The notes under the pieces: generated by a model | Seen by the model: only the letters and a program-made list of their open reading frames with translations | Told to the model about the DNA's origin: nothing | Databases searched by the model: none | From: Octopus sinensis | Taxonomy: Eukaryota | NCBI RefSeq assembly: GCF_006345805.1 | Contig: NC_042998.1 | Location: 12,400,001-12,464,000, forward strand | Length of the DNA stretch: 64,000 bases | Direction: 5' to 3' | Shown here: in pieces, positions 54,067-64,000 of the stretch | Layout: each line of letters starts with the position of its first letter | How positions within the stretch are numbered: position 1 is the stretch's first letter | Position numbers and translations under genes: made by a program

Positions 54067-54244
54067 TATATATATATTTACTTATATATCATTCATAGGG
54101 AAGACGTAGTGTACTGTGAAGCTTACAATCATTTAAAATATACTACAAGTGCATCGAGGAATTGCTTACGTAGATCCTGCTGCTAAAGTACAGTACTGCG
54201 GATGACAAACATACTCTCAAGGCACACTTCTATATTCTCAATGT

Positions 54245-54322
<78 letters not shown>

Positions 54323-54349
54323 GTATATATGCATGTATTTATATATTTG

Positions 54350-55900
54350 AGATCGCGAATAACTCATTTCCTCGAAGACAACCATCTGCTGAATCTCAAC
54401 CAGAATGGTTTTCGGGATTGCCTGTCGCAGCTTCTACACCATTTTGATGACATCTTAAAAGCGTTGGGAGAAGGGTCCAACACTGACGTCATATGCCTTG
54501 ATTTCAGCAAGATATTTGACAGAGTGGACCACAAAATCCTGCTGAAGAAACTGTCCAACATTGGCGTCCGCGGAAAGCTGCTGACGAACAGAACCCAAGA
54601 TGTTGTGTGTTTGACGGAATATTATCCAGCTCAGCCAAAGTCGGTAGTGGTGTCCCACAAGGTGCTGTGTCGGGCCCATTCCTCTTCATTATCTACATCA
54701 ATAACATAGTAGGCGTCATGAAATATTCTACATTGAAAATCTTTGCAGATGATTCCAAACTCCAGAAAGCCATAAACGGCATGGGAGACCGAGCATGCCC
54801 TCAGTCGGGTCTGTTTGCTGTTGTCCAATGGGCGGAAAAAGCAATATGCTTCTAAATGAAAATAAGTTTGATTTGATCCACTTTGGAAAAGAGGATACTC
54901 TGAAATTACCATATGCTCTTCCCTCGAGCGACTCTCCTGTGTCATCCAACAATACCAATCTAAGCTGGAGTTTCCTCGTAAACAGCAAGGTTGAGTTGAC
55001 CAGCAAGATGTGCTCCTGTATTCTGAGAACTTTCTGGTCTAGAGATGCCTACACCATGATCTTTCTCGACTCTACTTTTGCACGACCCCCTCTTGCCCAC
55101 TGTGATCTCCCCATACGAAGTAACTCATTACGAAAGTAGAAGCACTCCAGATGGCATTAACAAGAAAGATAGACAACATGAGAGGCATTGACTATAGGGG
55201 TGGACTAAGAAAATTCAATCTCTGCTCTATCATACGCGGCCGGGAACGCTACATCATTTGTATGATGGGGAAAATATTCCATCAATATTGCACAAATGAT
55301 GTTGGCATCAATTTTAAAATCCATCCAAGACTTGGCCCCCGTGACATCCGCCCACTACAAAAATCGAACTCGGTACACATAGCAACATTACGTCACAATT
55401 ACTTTACCTTAACCGGTCCAGCTCTTTTTAATACCACATCAAAATACGTCAAAACGGAAACGGATCCCATAAAATTCATTGGACAAATTTCTTCAAAAAA
55501 TCCCGGACCAACCTCCCACACCCGGATATGTCTCCAACAAAAATAACTCTCTGCTAGAGTGGACCATAATTCTCCAAATGTGACTAAAAGACTTCACCAG
55601 GTGGTGGTATTAAGTTAGAAAAAGCGGCGAGCTGGCAGAATCATTAGCATGCCGGGCGAAATGCTTAGCGTTATTTCGTCTGTCGTTACATTCTGAGTTC
55701 AAATTCCGCCGAGGACGACTTTGCCTTTTATCCTTTCGGGATCGATTAAATAAGTACCAGTTACGCACTGGGGTCGATATAATCGACTTAATCCGTTTGT
55801 CTGTCCTTGTTTGTCCTCTCTGTGTTTAGCCCCTTGTGGGTATTAAAGAAATAGGTATTAAGTTAGACATGACCTGGGCCTTTACTGGTCGAAATCTAAT
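54350..55900 (+). mobile_element. Degenerate CR1/Jockey-group LINE: RT domain, C-terminus and 3' UTR (SINE A inserted in the UTR)
   Basis: LNQNGFR, CLDFSKIFDRVDH, SGVPQGAVSGPFLFIIYIN, KIFADDSKL, NENKF, ILRTF and GPALFN...PDQPPTPGY. Multiple frameshifts. Confidence 0.92.
55624..55853 (+). mobile_element. SINE family A, 14 bp TSD
   Basis: TSD ggtattaagttaga at 55606-55619 and 55854-55867. Confidence 0.94.
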
Positions 55901-55914
55901 CAAAAATTATATAT

Positions 55915-55983
55915 ATGTGGAACTGAACACGGAACCATATGGTTGGTAAGCCACCTGCTTACGACACAGCCTCTCCTGCGCTT
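55915..55983 (-). mobile_element. 5' head fragment of SINE family B
   Basis: Reverse strand gcgcaggagaggctgtgtcgtaagcagg...ccatatggttccgtgttcagttcc. Confidence 0.75.
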
Positions 55984-56399
55984 ATATATATATTTTAATA
56001 TTCAGATATTTTAAACATTTTTATATGTATCTTTACATGTACTTTTAATATATCAATATACGTTTTTTTGACAATTTTCATGTTAAATCCGTATACATAT
56101 GTGTTCATTGTGGTTTACCTGATTTGAACTTTCTCCGTTCCATTTAATATAATTGTATTTATGTGTATGTATAAATATGTATACATACATATTGATGCAT
56201 ACCTATATATATATAGTTGCGTGTGCAAACGAATGACCTTATGTACTTTAATAACCACTTACAAACTCACAAACACCTGCACATGTTTGTCTATTTATTC
56301 ATGTTTGTATTGTTATGAGACATTTGCTATAAATTCAAGAAACACTTTAACACAGATTCCTATCGTCTTTGTACTCTTAATTCCCATCTTCGCACTTTT

Positions 56400-56560
56400 G
56401 TGGATAATTTTATTGCCACTATTGTCTAAATGCATACACAATATCTATAGAGGTGTTGTGAAGTCATTTTCAATATTCAATAGTTTTAAAATTCTTTATA
56501 TGGAAGTGGCGACACTTTGCTAGCATTTCTTATGTGTATAGATGGATTCTTGCATTGTTC
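56400..56560 (-). pseudogene. Possible PLE C-terminal remnant
   Basis: Reverse strand EMLAKCRHF resembles the E-x-x-SKCRH end of PLE GIY-YIG ORFs (recall). Single motif only. Confidence 0.25.
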
Positions 56561-56804
56561 ATATCAAGACCAAATACTTATTCGATTTCACAATACCCAT
56601 TAACATATGTTCCTCTCAAAACATATTAAATTTTCTATACTAAACATGTGACTGTCTATATGTATTTCCCCGCCTCTCTATCGCTCTGTCTCTTTTCCTG
56701 TGTATGCAAGCGTACATAGTGCGAACAGAGCTATGTATATCTACAAGTACCTATAGACCTATTATACTTATATGTGTGTGCTTGTGTGTGCATGTGTGGG
56801 TGTT

Positions 56805-56995
56805 TTCTTTTCTCGAACCAGAGGCTTATACGGCCGGTTACCGGAATTCCATGGCGTATATGCTCCTCACAGCACGGGACACAGATCCGTATCAGGGTTA
56901 CTAATTTCTGTCAGCTGTGTGGACTGGAAGAAAGTGAAATGAAGTGTTGTGCTCAAGAGCATAACGCAACGTCAAGTTAAGGAATCGAAATCATA
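56805..56995 (-). mobile_element. Old SINE (CORE-like domain with C2-like tail), head lost at the SINE B junction
   Basis: Reverse strand gttatgctcttgagcacaacacttcatttcac...ccagtccacacagctg, then tail atatacgccatggaattccggtaaccgg similar to catacgccatagaaactgggaaaccgg in C2. Confidence 0.6.
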
Positions 56996-57000
56996 ATCGT

Positions 57001-57166
57001 AGGCGCAAGAGTGGCTGTGTGGTAAGTAGCTTGTTTACCAACCACATGGTTCCGGGTTCAGTCCCACTGCGTGGCACCTTGGGCGAGTGTCTTCTACTAT
57101 AGCCTCGGGTCGACCGAAGCCTTGTGAGTGGATTTGGTAGATGGAAACTGAAAGAAGCCCATCGTA

Positions 57167-57214
<48 letters not shown>

Positions 57215-57447
57215 ATATGCATGTGTGTGTTTGTGTATCTGTGTTTGTCCCCCTAGCATTGCTTGACAACCGATGCTGGTGTGTTTATGTTCCCGTTACT
57301 TAGCGGTTCGGCAAAGAGACCGATAGAATAAGTACTGGGCTTACAAAAGAATAAGTGCCGGGGTCGAGGTGCTCGATTAAAGGCGGTGCTCCAGCATGGC
57401 CGCAGTCAAATGACTGAAACAAGTAAAAGAGGAAAGAGTAAAAGAGT
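57001..57447 (+). mobile_element. SINE family B, full length
   Basis: aggcgcaagagtggctgtgtggtaag...gactgaaacaagtaaaagag. Confidence 0.94.
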
Positions 57448-57536
57448 ATGATCAGGAGTGTAACATTCTATGTACTAAGTTACACCTTCCACATGCATAT
57501 ACATAAATACACACACATACACACACACAGACACGC

Positions 57537-57571
<35 letters not shown>

Positions 57572-57844
57572 GTTCGTATTTGTAAGATTCTTGATGTGGA
57601 TTCGTGTGCTGAAAGAAAAACTATTGAACCTCGGGAGGGGCATTAAGCCGGTAATAATGAAAACACGTACTCTTTCCGGTCCTTTATTGTTATCGTTCAG
57701 CATTGTTCGTGTTATTATTATTTTTTTTTGTTTTGTCAAGTAGTTATTTCATCGCATTACTAAATAATAACAAGATCGGGCCGAACCAGTGCGTGTATTT
57801 ATTATTACCGGCATAATTCCACTCCCAAGGTTCAATATTATATA

Positions 57845-57916
<72 letters not shown>

Positions 57917-57963
57917 ATACATGTATATAAATTAGAGAAGAACCACCATGAAGCAATTCAACA

Positions 57964-58165
57964 ATGATATACTTAAATCATACCATATAGAAAAAAATTA
58001 AAGATACGATAAAACATTTACCTAGAAAGAAATAAAGTACTAAATAATCAATAAATAGTATATAATTATATACTATTTATTGATTATTTAGTACTTTATT
58101 TAGTTCTAGGTAAATGTTTTATCGTATCGTTAATTTTTTTCTATATGGTATGATTTAAGTATCAT
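57964..58165. repeat. ~200 bp near-perfect spacerless palindrome
   Basis: Centre at 58065/58066 (gtatataa|ttatatac). Arms are ~100 bp with about 3 substitutions and 2 small indels. Confidence 0.96.
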
Positions 58166-58333
58166 ATTCCCTAATATTATATATATATATATATATATAT
58201 AAACCAGCTTAGAAAAGAAGAAGAAAGGAAACGAAACCAAACGAATCGAATCGAATCGACGCGAAGGCGCTCAGTCATACAATAGTGTAATAAATAAAAT
58301 ATATGCATACATACAAACATATATGTACGTACC

Positions 58334-58374
<41 letters not shown>

Positions 58375-58403
58375 TTTCTTTGTTGGTATGTGTTACTTAA
58401 AAT

Positions 58404-59300
58404 GGCGGCGAGCTCTGTAAATCGTCCGTCTTTACATTCTGAGTTCAACTTCAGCCAAGGTCAACTTTGCGTTTCATCCTTCCGAGGTCGATAAAATATG
58501 AACCAGTCAAGCTCTGGGATCGATGTAATCGATTTATTCCGCCTCTTGAAATTGTTGGCCTTGTGCCAGAACTTGAAACGGTTGTTTGCCATTTAGTATT
58601 CGACGGAGATAGTGGGCGAATTGGTACAATCGGTAGAGCCTCGAACAAAATGACTAGCAGCAATTTTTCCCGAATCATTAGATCCTGCTGGCGCCAGCTT
58701 GTCCTTTCAGTCTTTGGAAGCCTATAAATTATGCTATAATTATACCCTTTGTGTCCATGTAAGCTACTAGGCACCCTCTTTCTAAAATTGCTGGCATTGT
58801 GTCCGAAATTTGCTTTCATTCCTATTGACAGCTATTAGGTCGCAAGGTGGCTGAATATTTATCAAGTTGAGCAACATACACTGTAGCATTTCGTCCTTCT
58901 TTACGCTCTAAGTTCAAATTACGCCGAGGTCGACTTTGCTTTTCATCTTTTCGCGGTCGAAAGGAGAAGTACCACTTGCTCTCCCTAAAACGTTCAGGAT
59001 TAGTGCCTATAGTAGAAAGGATTATTACTTAAGACTATAAAACAGCGAGCTAGTAGAATCATTAAGGTGCCTGGAAAATCTTAGCAGTATTTATTCCGGC
59101 TCTTTACGTTGTAAGTTGAAATATCCTACCGTGATCAAATTTTCTTTTCATTCTTTTACGGTCGATTAAAATTATTGAGTGTAATGATCTGGCAGAATAG
59201 GTAAAACGTCGCATAAAAGTTTTTTGCATTTGTTCTTGACTGAAATTCTTCCGAGGTCAAATTTACCATTCGCCATGTTGAGTCGAAAAATTACGGTACC
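58404..59300 (+). mobile_element. Four co-oriented, highly diverged SINE family A-related copies
   Basis: Heads and cores at ~58404 (ggcggcgagct...ctgagttcaacttcagccaaggtcaactttgcgtttcatccttccgaggtcgataaaat), ~58840, ~59044 and ~59190. Confidence 0.7.
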
Positions 59301-59329
59301 CCTCTAGTATGGCCTGATTAGAATCGAAT

Positions 59330-59470
59330 ACTAAAAATGACAAACCAACAAGAGGACGTGCATGTGAAATTTATCAGACGCTCAGTTAAGGTGGTAAAAA
59401 AAGAGAGAGGTTTTGACGTTTCGAGCATAGCTCTTCGTTAGGAAGGAAGATGGGAATGTTCAGAGAAGGA
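59330..59470 (-). mobile_element. PLE-terminus-like repeat with hammerhead-like motif (core mutated)
   Basis: Reverse strand ctaacgaa-GAGC-tat-GCTC-GAAA-cgtc at 59415-59441. Confidence 0.55.
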
Positions 59471-60396
59471 AAAAATATATGTGTATGTCTGATTGCGATT
59501 GTGTGTGTATGTGTGCATGTGTATGTGTGTGTATGTGTGCATGCATGTTTGTGTTCTCTGTGCGTGTGTATATATGTATGTGTTTGTGTATGTAGGTGTG
59601 ATCTCACTGAATAGTCAATAAGTTCGCCTTGCAACTATGAGGTCTTGTGTTAGGTGAATTCACTATATCGCATCTGGTGGGTATTGTATAATATACAGCC
59701 TCCTGTCGATCCACGTCTCGCTAATGAATTTAAATAGATGGGGAATGTCTGTAACATTACAGGGTGGATTTTATATATAAAATTCAAAAAGTTACAGTCT
59801 TGTCACACTGTATACGTCTGAAGATTTAATTAAATATTGATTTATCTGCGGAAAATACAGGAATTTACACGTTAATTGAGAAGGAGGTTACTCATTTCAT
59901 AAACTGGCAATGAGATCTGGATGAAATTCGACTTCAGATGTAAAGGGAAAACTTACTACAAATCAAATTGATCCGTTGTGAATGGTAAATATAATGACTT
60001 TTCTCTTCATTGTGTGGGAAGTCAGTGTATGATGTTCACCCTACCCTAAATATATACCATATAATGTTAGAATTGTTTAGTTGTTCCCTGTTACACTCTA
60101 TTTCATTTTGTTGGTTCCATAATAGCAAAACATGTTGAAAACCATAACTACCATTATTCAAATTGACTCCCCACCGCATATATTTTTAACGTTTTCATAC
60201 TTTTTATTTTTCTTAGTTCTCTCCGAAGTAACTATTGATAAGAATTGCCATTGAATTTAATATACACAAAACTGGTGTACAGGTGTACTCTAAATTGCTT
60301 TTAAAGCATTAAAAAATTCATTGAACTATTTTTTTATTTCATGCAGAATGAATTGTTGAGAAATTTTCTAATGTTAAGCAAAGTTAATACCATCAC

Positions 60397-60522
60397 CTGA
60401 TTCGACATCTACTATGGAAATATCATTGTCTTGCTTAACAACTGTGTTCACAACGGGAGAATCATCTATTTGCTTGTCAGAGCAGTTAGAATTTATGAAT
60501 TTGGTCATTATGAATGTTTGCA
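60397..60522 (-). CDS. Candidate exon (126 nt, phase 1-1, or first coding exon from the internal ATG)
   Basis: Acceptor ttttctaattag and donor CAG|gtgatg (weak). Frame QTFIMTKFINSNCSDKQIDDSPVVNTVVKQDNDISIVDVES(G). Confidence 0.28.
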
Positions 60523-60699
60523 CTAATTAGAAAAATTATCATGTTCCCATTGTAAATATTTTATTATTTCCTTTGCCGAAGGAAAAAAGAAAAAAATAAG
60601 TAAAATGTACGTTTCAAATCAGGTTTGAAAATCACCATTTCGGAAGCAAGAAATATCCTACTAGGAAGCAAATTACAACATTCGTAAATAATTACTTAC

Positions 60700-60732
60700 C
60701 TGTTATGTACGTTCTTCCTTTCGACAGGAAGC
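60700..60732 (-). other. Candidate 33 nt exon (UTR or coding)
   Basis: Acceptor ttcgtctttatttag and perfect donor CAG|gtaagt. Confidence 0.3.
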
Positions 60733-63634
60733 CTAAATAAAGACGAAGCAAGCTAAACAAAAATATTAGTTGTTCTCAGAGAAACCAATCTAGCGTACAT
60801 TATGTACAGATTAAGAGAAAACTCAATTATAAAACATTTTATTTCTCCCTGTACATAAACGACTTCCAAACCAATTAAATCCGCTTGAATTATATTATGA
60901 AAGCCACTCTGAAATATAATGTACCACCCAGTGATGTGAATGTTGACAGTCAATTACAGAAAAGAATTAGAGACTGATTTATATTATTATCACCAGCGTT
61001 TGGAAAGCAGAGATGCTGCAGGGATAAATATTCGGATGTGGAATCTCATGTCAATTCCGACTTAAAATTAGTGATATCAAACACAGCTGGGGTGAATTTT
61101 GCTTCATCCTTAGAGTGTAGTTATTAACACAAAATGGGAAGAAGGATGATAATGTCGATTTTCCATCTGAAAAATTACATTCTTTTTTTCACAACTAAAA
61201 CCTTAAAGTTTTAGGTCAGTACTGTAAAAGAATAATAATGATCTCTGCAAGAAGAATCGGCTAAATTAAATTCTGCTTTCAATCGTCGCCTTTAACCTCT
61301 GAAATAAAATATGAACTTCATTTCATGTGCCTTTTGTCCCGATTATAATTGGTTTGCTGCTTCCGTTGTCAAATGTGATACAGGATCGATCTATAAGACA
61401 AAAGGTGAAGATTTTATATTAACTGACTTACAAAACCCATAATCTTCGTACTTACAGGTTCACTAAATTTGGCTGTACATATGTGCAGCTTCCTGCATTA
61501 AATCGCGTCGCCATACAATGATTAATTAACTATAATCCACTCAAGTACAATTTCCGAATTCAAATTAAAGATGAACAGTGGTGTGAATGTAACGGTCCAT
61601 ACACACACGCACAGTTTTCTGTAGAATGATATATACATGACAATGACTTTTAAACAGTGTCTAATTTGCTGAATGAATTATTAAATCCATTAGGTTCACG
61701 GGTGCTATTAACCAGATAGTAGAGTTAACTTGGGTAGAGCAATCGTAAGACGATATTTAGCAGTAATTCTTAAACAAAACGGTATCGATGTGAGTCGATC
61801 GTAAAACATTTAATTGGTATCATGCAAAAACGAAATCCATGGGAAACATAACATTGGTTTTATATTTATATTCATGAGATTTACTTATCTTGAATGAATA
61901 TTCGTTTTGTTTTTTCAAATGGCAACAGATGAAAGGGTCAATCTTCCGGGGAAAAACCGTCATGATAAAGACAGTCGCCATTGACTTTGAAAACAAGACT
62001 TGGATTGCCCTTCCCTTGGGAAAATCTTAATTTAATAAACTTATTGCTTAGATAGAAATTTCATAGTTGGTGACATGTTTGCAGTCTACAGGTCTAAGTA
62101 GCGCTGCTTCGTAGGCATATACAGTAAATATAAAGTGTTTACTGTAAGGTACAGAATATTTATCGGTTTGCTTCAACTTGCTACAATAGGCTACAGAGGA
62201 TGGTAGCGTGGGACGCTGTATATATGGAAAGCAATATTTAGCTAAGTATTACTGGGTAGAGTTTCGACCTGATTATATTTAATTGACATCTCTCAAAACT
62301 AGAAAGATGATCTTACTTTCTTTATATTCTCAAGATCAACAGGTTTCCTTATTGAATTCGGGTACACACCCAGTATTTCCTATTAGGAATGCTATCGCAA
62401 ATAAATCCCGTCTTTCTAAATAATCTCTAGGTTTCTTCATGTACACTAGTCTGATAGTCAATCTACGAAATATATATTTAAAAAATAGATTAATCGGACA
62501 CTTAATATTGATAGTTGTTAGCATAAAAATTCTACATCATATATGGCACAAAATTATAGAACAAGAAGATTGCAGCCTTACTGTGACACTCATTTTCTAA
62601 TCCTGTACCTGTCCTGTGTATCTCATGCGATACACAGACATATTTCCAGACTTCCATGTACCTAATATAATACAAATTAATATTTTGCTTTGATGCACCA
62701 GAATAAATCGAGATTTACGAAGGAGAAGATTTATATTACTCAGAGCATATGAGAGAAGGGCTTATTAAAAACTTGAAAACCAGCATGGAAGTTTAAGACA
62801 CAGTTATAAAAATTCTTTCAACAGGAAAATGGTTAAAGTGGACATAAAACATATTCTTCAGCCGACTTCCAATTCTGTAAAGCTTCTACTCTTCTCCCAT
62901 GAACACAACACAATTGAATACTATCTGTAGTTACCTGACAGTAAATCCTTAGCCATTTCCTTTGGTTAGTGTTATAGTCAATTATGTTTCCCCCAGTGAC
63001 AGGCAATTGGACATAGATAAGTAATATATCCAAGAATTTTAATTGTCATTCCAAATGAAGTAGCAATAATTTCTAATAACTAAGACACTTACTCATATTG
63101 TAGATAAATTTCATATTTATCGTATCGTCACGCTTGGGGTATATTTTACAAATTTCCATTTCAATAACTGTCAGAAAATCTGTATATCCATAACTGTCTA
63201 AATGCACATTACCACTCACAGAAACAATATTCAAAGATATTAGTGTTACGACAAGTGCTTGATATATTTACTCACTTTACATATACGCATCAATACGTAC
63301 ATATACGTACACATAGATTCATGTACACACACAAATAAACGTATTTATGTATGTAGGTATGCAGATGTATATATACATTCCTGGTTTTTCAGCAATCATA
63401 CAATTGATCACTTCTTATATTATTCCTACCAATAAAATGAAATAAAATATATACCTAAGCATTTCTCTAAAAATGTCTTTTAAACTGATTCTAATAGTGT
63501 TAAAATTGCAAGAAATCTTAAAGAATATAACAAATTTATATCAACTCATTGATTTCGCCATCATTGTAATCGCATATTTATATATTAATCAATCATGATG
63601 AAGATAAATACGCAGAAATAAAAAAAAATCCGCA

Positions 63635-63638
63635 ATAG

Positions 63639-63676
<38 letters not shown>

Positions 63677-63743
63677 ATATATATATATATAATATATATC
63701 GGTATTATATATATGTATTATATATATGCATATTTATACATGC

Positions 63744-63823
<80 letters not shown>

Positions 63824-63949
63824 ATCTATCTATCTATCTATCGATATATATATATATATATAATAGAAATATTAAAATTACTAAGTCTCTCTAAAAGCGG
63901 TCAGCTTTCTTCTTATTTTTATAAGAATGCCATATTAGTATGGCGATAA

Positions 63950-64000
<51 letters not shown>
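63635..64000. repeat. (TA)n/(TATC)n microsatellites
   Basis: Read directly. Confidence 0.96.

Overview
AT-rich, repeat-saturated eukaryotic DNA, most likely intronic or intergenic. The SINE families, Penelope-type termini and the density of (TA)n/(TAA)n/(TATC)n microsatellites resemble an octopus (coleoid cephalopod) genome; this attribution is from recall, not a search. No intact protein-coding gene is visible, and most listed ORFs are microsatellite artefacts. Well-supported content: (1) several R4/Dong-clade non-LTR retrotransposon remnants with REL endonuclease, stacked in or beside a (TAA)n array at 0.4-6.5 kb, plus a scrambled copy at 41.5-44.2 kb; (2) CR1 and RTE LINE fragments; (3) two mariner transposase relics and a Tc2-type MITE; (4) two non-autonomous Helitrons; (5) a short solo LTR; (6) about 20 tRNA-derived SINE copies from 3-4 families; (7) two minimal hammerhead ribozymes with canonical cores on opposite strands at 17.1-17.5 kb; (8) several fold-back structures. 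A few short minus-strand exon candidates hint at an unidentified host gene with very long introns (low confidence).
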